This document shows positions 51,313-63,300 of a stretch of DNA of 64,000 nt, piece by piece (the first letter of the stretch is position 1; each line of letters opens with the position of its first letter). A program made the translations under genes and the position numbers. The notes under the pieces were generated by a model. The model saw only the letters and a program-made list of their open reading frames with translations. It ran no database searches and was not told the DNA's origin. This DNA is from an uncultured Lentimicrobiaceae bacterium (GTDB taxonomy: Bacteria; Bacteroidota; Bacteroidia; Bacteroidales; SKPS01), in NCBI GenBank assembly GCA_964652685.1, contig CAZZBS010000002.1:57497-121496 (forward strand). Direction: 5' to 3'.

Positions 51313-52543
51313 GATCTGATTCAGATTTAAAGATCAGTGTTGAGAAACGTTCAGGCTGGAACAGCTCATTGGCAATGTCCTGCAAGTCAGAGGCAGAAAC
51401 AGCATCAATACAGGCAATAATCTGTTCGATGGGGTACAATGCAAGGTTATGGAGGCACTTTGCCCCGATGGAAAGCATTTCATTGACTCTTGATTCATAG
51501 GCCAGTGCGATTTGGCCGGCAATCTGTTTCTTTGCCCTGAAGAGTTGCAGGCTTCCCAGTTTCTGGTTTTTCAATCTGCTCATCTCTTTCCATGCCTGGG
51601 CGATGGTGGCAGCCGGATCAGATAATGGAGTGCCCATATAGATGCTTAAATAGCCGGTATCGGTGTATGCCTGGTAATTGGATTCAACATGATAGGTTAA
51701 TCCTTTCCGTTCGCGCAAGGCCATGTTCAGCCTGCTGTTGGAAGCCGGCCCCCCGAGGAGGTTGTTCAGCAGTTGCAGGCCTGTTCGTGATGGATGGCCC
51801 AGGGGATAAGCCAACGTACCCGTCATCACATGCGTCTGATGGGTATCTTTCCCGATGGACATGTATGACGGGATAAAGGCATTGAAAGGCATTCTCTGTC
51901 TCGAAAAATGGTTGTCCTCCATCGCATGGAAAAATCGTTCCAGCAGAAGGATCAGTTTATGAAACGGATAACTCCCGATATAGGAGATCACGGTACCTGA
52001 TGCGCTGTAATTTCTCTGAATGAACCGGATGATCTGTTGTTTGGTGATATTTTTCAGATTCTCAGGGGTGCCCAGGATGTTACGGCTGATGGGGTGCCCT
52101 TTGAACAGCATCTCCTCGAAATCATCAAATATCTGTTCAGAGGGGGTGTCAAGGTATGCGTTGATTTCATCCAGGATGACCGATTTTTCCTTTTCGATCT
52201 CCTTCTGTGGGAAAACGGAATGAAGGATGATGTCTGCAAAAAGCTCTACAGCCCTTGCAGTATATTCCGACAGGAATGAAGCGTACAGGCAGGTGTGCTC
52301 CTTGGTGGTGAAAGCATTCAGGTCTCCACCCACGTTATCCAGGCGGCTCAGGACATGGAAAGCTTTTCGTCTGGTGGTGCCTTTAAAAGCCATGTGTTCA
52401 ATGAAATGGGCGATACCGTGCTCATGCACCAACTCATCCCGGGAACCTGCATTGACGAGCACACCCAGGTGGGAGACCCTTGATCCGGATGGGCTGTACA
52501 CTACCTTAATCCCGTTGGGGAGCACATGCCGGAGGTAACTCAT
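51305..52543 (-). CDS. M16 family (pitrilysin/insulinase-like) metallopeptidase, no signal peptide (412 aa)
   Basis: It carries the inverted zinc motif HxxEH (HFIEHMAFKGT) and a downstream E in the EHTCLYASF region. Confidence 0.88.
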   Translation of the reverse strand: MSYLRHVLPNGIKVVYSPSGSRVSHLGVLVNAGSRDELVHEHGIAHFIEHMAFKGTTRRKAFHVLSRLDNVGGDLNAFTTKEHTCLYASFLSEYTARAVELFADIILHSVFPQKEIEKEKSVILDEINAYLDTPSEQIFDDFEEMLFKGHPISRNILGTPENLKNITKQQIIRFIQRNYSASGTVISYIGSYPFHKLILLLERFFHAMEDNHFSRQRMPFNAFIPSYMSIGKDTHQTHVMTGTLAYPLGHPSRTGLQLLNNLLGGPASNSRLNMALRERKGLTYHVESNYQAYTDTGYLSIYMGTPLSDPAATIAQAWKEMSRLKNQKLGSLQLFRAKKQIAGQIALAYESRVNEMLSIGAKCLHNLALYPIEQIIACIDAVSASDLQDIANELFQPERFSTLIFKSESDHE

Positions 52544-52549
52544 GTGCGG

Positions 52550-55090
52550 TCAGCGCCTGATGATGATTTTTCCGGAGGTGACCTGTCCGTTGTCCGGTTC
52601 AATCACCAGTTGATAGATGCCCGGTGAGAGATTGCCCTCTTCTTTAACGGTAAAGAAGGAGGACTGCAAAGGATCACCTTCCCATTGCCTGATCAGCTGA
52701 CCGGTAGAGGTGTAGAGCCTTAAACGGCGGATGGTCCTCTCGTGTCCGTTCAACGATAGGGTGAAATCACCTGCGGAAGGATTGGGAAACACATTGAATG
52801 AAGCGTTGGCTCCCGGGCTGTTTTCATTGATGCCGTTGAGCCATGTCCAGGTATCACTCCACCAGATACCGCGACCATAGGTCGCTGCAATCAGTTTATG
52901 ACTGTTGTAATGGATTTCAAGCTCGGAAATTTTCACGTTGGGAAGGCCATCGATGAAAGGGATCCAGTCTGTCATTGTACTGTCACGGTAGAATACCCCG
53001 ACATCCATCCCGACGTATATACCGCCCGGGCTGTTTTTCTCCTGTATGATACAGTTGGCCGGAAGATTGGGAAGGGTCCCTGAAATGTTGCTCCAGCTGT
53101 CACCCGAGTTGGTACTCATATAAACTTTATTGCCGCTGGTGAATCCTGAGAAGGTGACATAAACGACAGATGGGCGTGTGTTGTGTACGGCGATATAGCT
53201 GATGGGATAGTTCGGCAGGTTGTTGTTCACCTGTACCCATGTTTGCCCTGCATTGGTGGAAGCATAGATCCTGTTATAGGTGGCGGCATAGATGTAGTTC
53301 GGATTGGATGGCGCATAAGCCAGCGACCTGAACTTGTCGTAATAAGCAGTACCTGTAAAACTGCTCAACTGGTTCCATGTTGTTCCATAGTTGGTTGACC
53401 GGTATATGTTGTCGTATCCTGCGAGCAGAGTATTGTGATTGTTGGGATGCATGACAAAAGGGGTGACCCATGAACCCTCATCCTGGATATTTTCAGAGAT
53501 TTTGAGCCAGTTATTTCCGCCGTCGATTGACCTGTACATGCTTCCGTACTGCATCTCACCGTACATGTAGTTGTAGTTTGAATGACTGATGATACATTCC
53601 ATTCCGTCACCACCGAGCATGTGTTTCCATGTGGTGTTGTTCAGGAAGTGTGTGCCATTATCCTGCCAGCCGCCGATGATACGCCGGTAATCCTGTTTGG
53701 AAGTACCGATCCTGTATACCTGCCCGATCATCAATCCGTTGTTCTTCTGCTGAAAGGAGGTGCCATTGTTGGTTGTGATATCAATACCTCCGTCTGAGCA
53801 GACATACAGTGCCCCTGTAACCGGATGCCAGCTCATCTCATGAATGTCGGCATGGACGAAAGGCAGACCATTGTCACCATACCAGTGTGCCTTTATATTC
53901 CATGATGCGCCGCCGTTGGTGCTCCGCCATATGTTGACACTTGCTGCGAACACTTCATTTTTGTTTACGGGTGATACTGTCAATCCAAGGCAATACCAGG
54001 CAATGCCTCCGCTGCTTGATCCATCGGTGGCATAACCCAGTATGTTGGGTGTGGAAGACATCAGTGAGAAACTACTGCCTCCGTCGGTAGAACGATACAT
54101 CCCCTCGAACCCTGAATCATTTTCGGTGATGGCCACCAGATAAACATAATTGCTGTCCGCAGGGGTGACCGCAATTTTGGCACGTCCGACCGTAGCATTG
54201 AAAGCAATGGATATCATGGTAAAAGTGGCTCCGTCGTTTTCTGATTTCCAGAAACGGTTATTGAGGACAAGATAGATGACGGATGGGTTTCCGGGCTTGA
54301 AAGCAGCATCACTAATATTCCCTGTCCTGACATTCAACCAGTTGTCGCCACCATTAGTGCTTTTAAACAAACCCAATGTGGTGGCTGCGTAAAGGACATT
54401 GGGATCCGTTGGGTGCATCAGTAGCCTGGATACCCTGCGCTGGCTTTGTATTGTCCAGCTCAATCCGGTCGTATTCCAGGTGTTGCCGCCGTCCATGGAT
54501 TTGAGTATTCCGACGGAATATGTATCAGAATGATTAAAGTCGCCGGTGGTAACATAGATGATATCCGGATTCTGATGGTCAATGACGATGGAAGATATAC
54601 CAAGGCTGGCAATATGATCTGACATGGGATACCAGTTTCCCCCTCCGTTGGTGGTTTTCCATACACCACCCGAAGCAGCACCTGCATACATGATATTGGA
54701 CTGGGTGGGGTGGAAGGCGATGCAGTTGATCCTTCCCATTCCCGGACTGTTGACAGGTGTCACGAAAGGACCAACGGGTGACCAGTTGGCTGCCTGTGCA
54801 TATTTCCCCACAGACCTTTCTTTCATCAGACGGTTATACTCTACCCATGTCCCTTCAGGACGGCCAAACCTGCCCTGTTCATCAACACGTGGTGCGCTGA
54901 AATAGGAGTGACGGTCGAACTGCTTACGCCCGGGAATGTGTTTTGTGGCATCCTGCTGCTCAATATACCTCTCAAATTCCTTGCGAACTGCATGAAAATC
55001 AGGATCTACGTCCCGTAACATCCTTACCCACTCCTGGGCCTGTGAACAGGAAATCAACGCGAAGAAAACCGAAATCAGAAAAAATCTCAT
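52550..55090 (-). CDS. BNR/Asp-box (sortilin/VPS10-like) repeat protein with a T9SS C-terminal sorting domain (846 aa)
   Basis: It has the signal MRFFLISVFFALISCSQAQ and at least 10 Asp-box-like motifs (SMDGGNTW, STNGGDNW, STDGGSSF, STNGGASW, SIDGGNNW, STNAGQTW, STNSGDSW and others). The CTD runs FNVFPNPSAGDFTLSL...GKIIIRR. Confidence 0.88.
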   Translation of the reverse strand: MRFFLISVFFALISCSQAQEWVRMLRDVDPDFHAVRKEFERYIEQQDATKHIPGRKQFDRHSYFSAPRVDEQGRFGRPEGTWVEYNRLMKERSVGKYAQAANWSPVGPFVTPVNSPGMGRINCIAFHPTQSNIMYAGAASGGVWKTTNGGGNWYPMSDHIASLGISSIVIDHQNPDIIYVTTGDFNHSDTYSVGILKSMDGGNTWNTTGLSWTIQSQRRVSRLLMHPTDPNVLYAATTLGLFKSTNGGDNWLNVRTGNISDAAFKPGNPSVIYLVLNNRFWKSENDGATFTMISIAFNATVGRAKIAVTPADSNYVYLVAITENDSGFEGMYRSTDGGSSFSLMSSTPNILGYATDGSSSGGIAWYCLGLTVSPVNKNEVFAASVNIWRSTNGGASWNIKAHWYGDNGLPFVHADIHEMSWHPVTGALYVCSDGGIDITTNNGTSFQQKNNGLMIGQVYRIGTSKQDYRRIIGGWQDNGTHFLNNTTWKHMLGGDGMECIISHSNYNYMYGEMQYGSMYRSIDGGNNWLKISENIQDEGSWVTPFVMHPNNHNTLLAGYDNIYRSTNYGTTWNQLSSFTGTAYYDKFRSLAYAPSNPNYIYAATYNRIYASTNAGQTWVQVNNNLPNYPISYIAVHNTRPSVVYVTFSGFTSGNKVYMSTNSGDSWSNISGTLPNLPANCIIQEKNSPGGIYVGMDVGVFYRDSTMTDWIPFIDGLPNVKISELEIHYNSHKLIAATYGRGIWWSDTWTWLNGINENSPGANASFNVFPNPSAGDFTLSLNGHERTIRRLRLYTSTGQLIRQWEGDPLQSSFFTVKEEGNLSPGIYQLVIEPDNGQVTSGKIIIRR

Positions 55091-55110
55091 ATTATTACAG
55101 AAAATTTGTA

Positions 55111-55118
55111 CAAAAATA
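55111..55118 (-). promoter_or_regulatory. -7 box TATTTTTG for the 55090 BNR gene
   Basis: The minus strand reads TATTTTTG, 21 nt upstream of the ATG at 55090. Confidence 0.45.
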
Positions 55119-55205
55119 GCTCATTTTGTGATAATGGGCAAAGAAACAATCCTGCAATATAAAAGGGCAGGTTGTGAATTATTGGCTAAACAAGCGAATA
55201 TTGCG

Positions 55206-55213
55206 TATCTTTA
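55206..55213 (+). promoter_or_regulatory. Near-consensus -7 box TATCTTTA for the 55260 gene
   Basis: It has one mismatch to TAnnTTTG. TTG at 55182..55184 gives a 21-nt spacer, and the box is 47 nt upstream of the ATG at 55260. Confidence 0.35.
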
Positions 55214-55259
55214 TGGAGTCATTATTAATATTGTTATTAACACGTTAACCCGGGTCATC

Positions 55260-57170
55260 ATGAACAGATTGAATACTGTCCTGACCGTATTGCTTGTTAT
55301 CTTCTTTCTGCCGTTAGTAAATGCCCAGGAGGTTCAGTACAGCACATCAGACTATAGGATTAAACCTTTCGGGAGCCTCATTCCGGGTCAGATAAAAGAG
55401 GATTGGAATTTCAGGCTCAGCTACCTATCACAGGTAATGGAAGGAAACCCGACCTACAGGCAGCACCTTATGCAGCTTAAACAGGAGAGTGCCTTGCGTT
55501 TCCCAAGGAAAGAAACGGACACCAAAGGCAATATGAATAAAACTTCGGATCAGGGTAGTACCCAGGTTCCCGATCCTGTCATTAAGCGTAACTTTCAAGG
55601 GAATGCTTACAGTTACAGTGTCCCCAACGACAATACCCTGGCCATATCCAATGATGGACAACTTATTTCTGCTATCAATACCAACCTCTATTTCTATGAT
55701 ATGAATCAGGATTCTTTGTTGCGGTCATTGTCACTCAATAACTTCGCTGCACCATTACAGGGCATCTCTACTCACCAGTACGATCCAAGACTGCTCTATG
55801 ATCCGCATCAGGATAGATTTATCATTGTGTTTTTAGCAGGTGCCAGTTCTGATACCAAGACCAATATTGTCGTTGCTTTCAGTGAAACATCCGATATGAT
55901 GGGCAATTGGAACCTTTATTCCCTGCCCGGGAATCCACTCGATGATACCAGCTGGACAGACTTCCCTGCCATTGCCCTGACTGAAGATGAGCTTTTTATC
56001 ACAGTGAACCTTCTCAACTACGGAACCTCGTGGCAGACATCCTTCAAGCAATCGGTCATATGGCAGGTCAATAAGTTCGACGGGTACAGCGGGCATGAAC
56101 TCACCTCAAGACTTTGGAGTGAAATCACCTTCGATAAGGTACCTATCAGGAATATGCATCCAATCCAGGGTGGCGATAAACTTTACGGGCCCAATATCTA
56201 CCTGCTTTCCAACAGGAATTTCACCCTTTACTCCGATTCTGTTTTCCTGATAGAAGTGACAGGTAACCTCAGGCAGCCTGATGCCCGTCTGAACATCACC
56301 TGCCTTAAAAGCGACGTCGGGTATGGTGCACCCCCGGATGCCAGGCAGCCAAAGACCACAAACAGGCTCGCCACCAATGATGCCCGTGTTCTGGGGGGAT
56401 TCTTGTATAACAATACGATCCAGTTTGTCGGAAATACCATCGATACCACTACCGGTTCTGCCGTGATTTATCACGGTGTACTCTCCAGTGTAAAACATAA
56501 GCCATTCGTCAGATTAAAACTTATCACTGAGCCGTATATGGAATTCGGTTACCCCAATATCTCCTTTACGGGTAATACCCTGTTCAGCCAGCAGTCAATC
56601 ATAGGCTTCAACCATACGGGCGACAGTATCTATCCGGGTGTTTCCGCCGTTTTTTATGATGGCATCGGTGGCTATTCAAACTTTATCAGGATCAAGGAAG
56701 GAGACCAGTTCATTGATATTCTGAGTGGAACCTACGAGCGTTGGGGCGATTATACCGGCAATCAGCGGAAATACAACGAACCGGGTGTGGTGTGGATTTC
56801 AGGTATGTATGGCATCAGAGTGGGAATGAACAGAAGGCTGGGGACACAGATTGCAGAAGTGGTATCACAGGCACCTGAAATCCCGGTTGTGAAAAAAGGG
56901 GATGAGCTGGATGCATCACTTTACCCGAACCCGGTATCTGACCTGTTCGGGATGGAGTTTACCCTGGAGAAGTCAATGGATGTAATCATTGAATTAAAAT
57001 CAGTTACCGGTCAGCAGGAGCACCGGTTCTTTGAAGGTAATGTGCCGGCCGGAAAAAATGCACTGACCTTCTCAACTCAACATCTTTCTCAGGGCTTACA
57101 TCTACTGTTTATTACGGATGCTAAAGGGAAGGTTCTTTTCAGCGAAAAAGTGGTCAAGGTAAAGGAGTGA
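55260..57170 (+). CDS. Uncharacterised secreted protein with a T9SS C-terminal sorting domain (636 aa from the revised start)
   Basis: An internal Met gives the signal MNRLNTVLTVLLVIFFLPLVNAQE, and the 44 upstream residues are not protein-like. The C-terminal CTD pattern is SLYPNPVSDLFGMEFTL...EKVVKVKE. I recognise no catalytic motif. Confidence 0.75.
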   Translation: MNRLNTVLTVLLVIFFLPLVNAQEVQYSTSDYRIKPFGSLIPGQIKEDWNFRLSYLSQVMEGNPTYRQHLMQLKQESALRFPRKETDTKGNMNKTSDQGSTQVPDPVIKRNFQGNAYSYSVPNDNTLAISNDGQLISAINTNLYFYDMNQDSLLRSLSLNNFAAPLQGISTHQYDPRLLYDPHQDRFIIVFLAGASSDTKTNIVVAFSETSDMMGNWNLYSLPGNPLDDTSWTDFPAIALTEDELFITVNLLNYGTSWQTSFKQSVIWQVNKFDGYSGHELTSRLWSEITFDKVPIRNMHPIQGGDKLYGPNIYLLSNRNFTLYSDSVFLIEVTGNLRQPDARLNITCLKSDVGYGAPPDARQPKTTNRLATNDARVLGGFLYNNTIQFVGNTIDTTTGSAVIYHGVLSSVKHKPFVRLKLITEPYMEFGYPNISFTGNTLFSQQSIIGFNHTGDSIYPGVSAVFYDGIGGYSNFIRIKEGDQFIDILSGTYERWGDYTGNQRKYNEPGVVWISGMYGIRVGMNRRLGTQIAEVVSQAPEIPVVKKGDELDASLYPNPVSDLFGMEFTLEKSMDVIIELKSVTGQQEHRFFEGNVPAGKNALTFSTQHLSQGLHLLFITDAKGKVLFSEKVVKVKE

Positions 57171-57320
57171 AAGGGAAAACACACAGTTATATAGATAATC
57201 AGGCTGAAAAGTCTTTGACTGTAGAGATTGGTTGTAGCGCAGGGATGGAGGTTATGTGATGATGGTGATTTGTAAAAGGATTTGTTATGTCTTTAGATAT
57301 TCAATAAATACAATCCGATC

Positions 57321-60300
57321 ATGAAAAGTACCTATATCATATTTGTGGCGGTTTTCTTCCTGTATGCAACGGGCTTTGGACAGACGGTTGTTTACCAGGA
57401 GGGTTTTGAGGGTACACCATCTGTTACGACAGCAGGCACTCAGCTATGGTCGTTGAACACAACCCTTTATAATTCAGGTACCAAGTCATATTCTGCCCAT
57501 ATAGTAAATCCGGGAGATTCATCAGTATTGACCACCCAGAGTTTCAGCACTGCAGGTAATTTATTTGTACAGCTTGAGTTCAGCCATATTTGCAAGATTG
57601 AGTTTTTTGATGAAGGAACGATATGGGTATCAAACAATAATGGAGCAACATGGACCCAATTGACCGAGCCCCAGTATTTGGGTAGTGGGGGTTTCAGTGC
57701 ATCTTCGGGGAATAAATTTACATCAACGACTTACACAACATGGCTTCCCGGCAACCCGACCCCCCCGACCAACACCTGGTGGAAGGATGAAGTGTTTAAT
57801 ATTTCGAACCTGGTTGGCAATTCTGCCCAAGTGATGATAAAATTTGTGCTTAAGGACATGAACAATGGAACTCAGTTTGACAACTGGGGATGGGTCATTG
57901 ATGACATTAAAGTGACCGTTAGTGTTGACGAGACCATCCCCCCTTCCATATCGCTGGCTTCACCAATACTCCCTGACACGGTCTACAATACAGGACCTTT
58001 TCAGGTGTTTGCCGAGGTCACCGATTTCACCGGGATAGATACAGCCATGATCGTTTTTACAGCCAACGGCGGAACACCTGACACCGTGGGTATGAGCCTT
58101 CAATCCGGAAATATATACACCGGTGACATCCCCAGCTATACTTACAACACCATCATCTGCTACCACATCATCGCCTATGATGCCTCCACCAATGCCAACT
58201 TGGGGCGGTATCCCCAGACCGGGTGTATCAGTTTCAAGGTAAAACAGGCACCAGCCATTGTGACCATCGGAACAGGAACAACCAATACCGCTTCCGGCGG
58301 GCCGGTCTATATGAGCAGTGCCTCCAGCACCTACCTTTACAGCAACCATATCAGCATCTTCACCCCGGCGGAGATCAACGCATCCGGTCTGATTGAATCC
58401 ATGGCCTGGAATAAAGCCAATGCTTACGGATACAACCTGGGCAATGCCACCTACAGGATTTATCTGAAGCATACCTCAATGACAAGTATCCCTTCAACTG
58501 TGGGCACCTTCACAAACGAATTGTCCGGGGCTACCCTGGTGTATGAAAATACCCAGCAAAACCTGCCGCTGGCGACAGGATGGGTGACCTTCATGTTCAA
58601 TACACCCAATTCATTCAATTACAACGGCGCTGACAACCTGATGGTGCTGGTTGACTGGTATAGGCCGGGGAGTCCCACAGGGGCTGTGAACTGGTATTAC
58701 ACCTCTGCAACCGGTAAAGCCCAAACCTGGGCCGCTTCTGTCACCCCACCCAACATCGGTTATGGTTCGGGCAGCAGACCCAACATCCAGATCGGCTTTC
58801 AGGTCACCAATTATCCGTATGACATCGGGATTTCCCAGATCATCGAACCTGCCGGAACCGCCATTGCCGGTACGAACCCTGTGAGGGTTTTTCTGAAAAA
58901 CTACGGAACCGATACCATCACCAAGGCAAACATCCATTACACCTATAACGGACAGCCAAGGGCTCCACTGGTATGGACAGGATCAATATTGCCCTATCTC
59001 TCGTCAGGTTCCATCACCCTGGGGAATGAAACCATGGTGCCTGGATCCTATGTTGTGAAGGCCTGGACCAGCATGCCCAACGACAGCGTTGACCAGAATC
59101 CAAACAATGATACAGTCACCTCTGCAGGTTTTGTCTGCCTGAATGTGCTTAACGGCACCTATGTGGTTGGTAATTCCCCCACAGCCGATTTTGCCACCAT
59201 CGGGGATGCCCTGCAGGCCATTTCACAGTGTGGCATGTCAGGGCCGGTGATTTTCAGCCTGCTGCCAGGTGTCCATCAGACGCAAATGACTTTTCAGAAT
59301 ATCCCGGCCTCTTCCCTTACCAACACCATCACCTTCCGTTCCTCTACCATGAATCCGGATGATGTGGTGATCAAGTACAACGCCACCGGTACAGCCGATA
59401 ATTTTGTGCTGAAACTGGATGGTGCCAGGTTCCTCCGGTTTGAATACCTGACCTTTCAGGCAATGAACGCCACCTATGGCAATGTGATCACCATCGGTAA
59501 CGGATCCATCAGCAATGCCTTTACCGGGAATAAGATCATCGGTCCTCAGGTATCTGTGAGTTCAACCAGTATCTGCCTGGTGTACAGCACATCGGGCACC
59601 ACCTCCAATGACTCCAACAATGTTTTCCGACTGAATACCTTCCTCAACGGCTCGTATGGATTCTATTACCTGGGCCCCAGCAGTAACATCCTTGAACGAG
59701 GGACTGTTATCGACTCCAATAACTTTATCAATCAGTATTACAGGGCGATAGACCTACGTTACCAGGATGCTCCTGTCATCAGTTCAAACTATATATATTC
59801 TCAGACCGAAGCGATACATGGTACATCAACCACCTACTGGCATGGGATGTATCTTAACTATTGCCAGAATGAGATGCAGGTAGTCAAGAATAACATTCAT
59901 GCGCCACTGGGTACGTATGGAGTCTATATGGCTACCTGCACGGCTGTTCCCGGAAGGGAGGCCTTGATTGCCAATAATATGATTGCTGAGATTGGCGGAT
60001 TCACCTTTGTTTATGGTTTCTATCTCAGTAGCGCCAATTATCAGTTGTATTACCATAATTCGGTAAATATTACATCTCCCACCAGCAATGCAGGTCATGC
60101 ATTTTACCTGGCCTCGGGCGGCAATATCGTGTTGCTGAATAACATCTTTGCCAATACCGGTGGTGCTTTCTGTGTACGGATCAATGCTCCGGCAGCCATT
60201 ACCCGCTCGAACTACAACAACCTCTATTCGGTGGCAACCACCAACTGGGGTTACTGGAACGGTACGATCAGCAACCTGTCCATGTGGAAATCGGCCAGCG

Positions 60301-63300
60301 GGGTGGACACCAATTCGGTTTCCATCAATCCCGGCTTTACCTCCGTCAGTGACCTCCATGTTTCCAGCATCCCGATGAACAACCACGGAACCCCGGTGGC
60401 CCTGGTCCCGGATGATTTCGACTGGGAACTACGCAGTACTACAACTCCCGACCTCGGAGCCGATGAGTACACCCCTCCAGTCAAAGACATATTGTTTACC
60501 AACGTTTTATGGCCCCGGAGCAGTTGTGCACTCGGAGCTGCTGAAGAGGTTGAACTGTTGATAAGGAACAACGGCACAGACCCGGTCAACAGCTTTACAG
60601 CTACCTATAAAGTCAACAACCTGCCAGCCGTCACGGAAACATTCAATAAGTACATAGCACCCCTGACAACCGATACATTGCGCTTTCTAACCCTGGCAAA
60701 CCTTTCAAACTATGGTCTTTATGAATTCACCTTCTATACATCCCTGCCACTTGACGAAAACCTGCATAATGATACCATCAGTAATTATGTCATCTTTAAC
60801 AGCCATAACTTCTATGATGCTGATTATTATACAAGCTTTGAAATCAATGACCCGGTCAGAGGGCCTTACTCCTATCTCGACGCCAACAACGACAACTCCT
60901 ACTGGCACTTTTTCGGAAGTACAGCCAACTCACGCACAGGGATGATCTATATGGGTTACGAATGTAACCAGAGCAACGCAGGCAACGACTGGTTCTTCTC
61001 GCGTTGTTTCACGTTTGAGGCCAACCGTACCTATGAACTATCCTTCTGGTACAAAACTTCAGATGCCACTTACACCCAGGGTGTGGACGTAAAGCTGGGT
61101 ACATTGAACAATGTGGCTTCCATGAATACCATGCTCATCAGTCTGCCTGGGTTTAACAATGCGGTTTATCAGGAGGCTACCATCCAGTTCAGTGTGCCGG
61201 CAACAGGTGTTTATTACCTTGGATTTTTTGCTTACAGTCCTCCGGTCGCCACCACCACCCAGATCATGGCTTGCATCGATGATATGACGATCAGGATGAT
61301 TCCGCCCTACGATGCCGGGATCCTTGCCATCACCGAACCGGTCCAGGGATGTGGCCTCGGTAATGAAAATGTGAAAGTGAAGATCAAAAATTACGGAACG
61401 GCAAACATCGTTAGCGGCCTGACGGCATCCTACCAGCTGAGCGGACAACCAACCCCTGTCACACAACCGGTCACAGGTGTATTGTTAAGCGGTGATACCC
61501 TGGAATTCACATTCAGTACACCGGTCAATCTGGTATCCCTGTCCGATACTGCATTCCACCTTACAGCATGGACAACCCTCCCGGGGGACACCCTGCTCAG
61601 TTCGAAGACCAACGACACCCTGCAAAAAGTTGTCAAAGGATTCTCACTCCCAGGCCCTCCAACAGTGACCAATGATACTGTTAATTCGGGGTATCAGGCA
61701 ACACTGACCGCCCAGAGCAGCAATACGGTATACTGGTTCGATAACTTGACAGCAGCCATTCCCGTTGGCATGGGGAATACCTTTGTGACGCCGCCCCTGT
61801 TCGCCACAACCACCTATTATGCGGAAACAGGGGTGGAGACACCTGTAGCCCTCATACAGGGTACCGGTACAACTGGACAGTATAATCTGCCCTTTTACGG
61901 ATACTACGAATATGGATGGTCAGCTATATTGATGAAATACAATCAGATGGGTTATATCGATTCCATTGGGTACGACCTCTCGAGCACCGTTTCCAATTAC
62001 AATATGCCCAACCAGCGTATTTTCATGGCCCTGGTGCCAGACTCCGTTTTCACGGCCGGTACGAAGCCCAACCCTGCCAATATGACCGAGGTCTTTAACG
62101 GGACCATCAACTACAATGGACCCGGATACCACATGATACCCCTTTCCGCCTCCTTCTTCTATGACCCGGACTATGCCCTGCTGGTATATTATGAGAACCA
62201 GAAAGGATCAACCACGACAGGGTATCCTGCTTTCCGCTATACAAGTACAACACAGTATCAGGCGCTGTATAGGAACCAAAGCGGAAGCTTCCCGAACATA
62301 GATGGTTACCAGACTTACAGTAAACCAAACCTTAGGATCTATATGCGGGAAGGTACCGGATGCAGGAGCAACAGGGTGGCTGCTACAGCGATCGTCAACC
62401 TGCCACAGAATGATGCCGGTGTATCAGATATCCTCTCTCCCAAGCAGTTCGCACAGTCCGGAGCCTCATTGCCGGTCAGGGTTGAAGTCAAAAACTTTGG
62501 CACCAATCCCCTGACCCAGATTCCCGTCAATTACCGCCTGAACAACCAGGCAGTGGTTACACAAACCTGGAATGGCTCACTGCTGTCAACGCAGACCGAT
62601 ACCGTATCCTTTGCCTCCGTGGTCATCCCTATAGGATTTTCCTCCCTGAAAGCATGGACAAGTCTCACGGGTGATGCAGTAGCCCTTAACGACACGATGA
62701 TCCTCAGTTTCCTGGGCACTACCCTGGAGCCTCTTCCTTTTTACGATGCATTTGACGCTACGACACAATTTCAACCCAATACAGCGCTCTATACCAACTG
62801 GGAACTCGGCACGCCAGCCTATGGGGTTTTGAATTCGGCCCATTCGGCTCCGAATGCCTGGTGCACGAACCTGTTAGCTGCCTATTACAATAATGCAGAT
62901 GCCATCCTGACCACCCAACTGATTGATTTCAGTACCGCCATCAATCCCAATATGAGCTTCTGGATCCATTATAATACAGAGTTGGGTTACGATGGGATGT
63001 ATGTCCAGTCCAGTACCGATAACGGGGCAAGCTGGAACACCCTGGGTGTGCATAATGATACCAATGGTGTGAACTGGTACAACACCGCCAACCTGGTCTC
63101 AGCCAACGGACCGGCCTGGTCAGGGCATTCCAACGAGTGGAAGAAGGTCTCATACAACCTGAACCAGTTCAGCGGTACGGCTGCCTTACGCTTCCGCTTT
63201 GTATTCAGGTCCAATAGCGCTGGCAATTTTGAGGGGGTATGTATCGACAACTTTGAAATCACCATTCCTTCTTCGCTTGATGCAGCTTTAAATGGATTCG

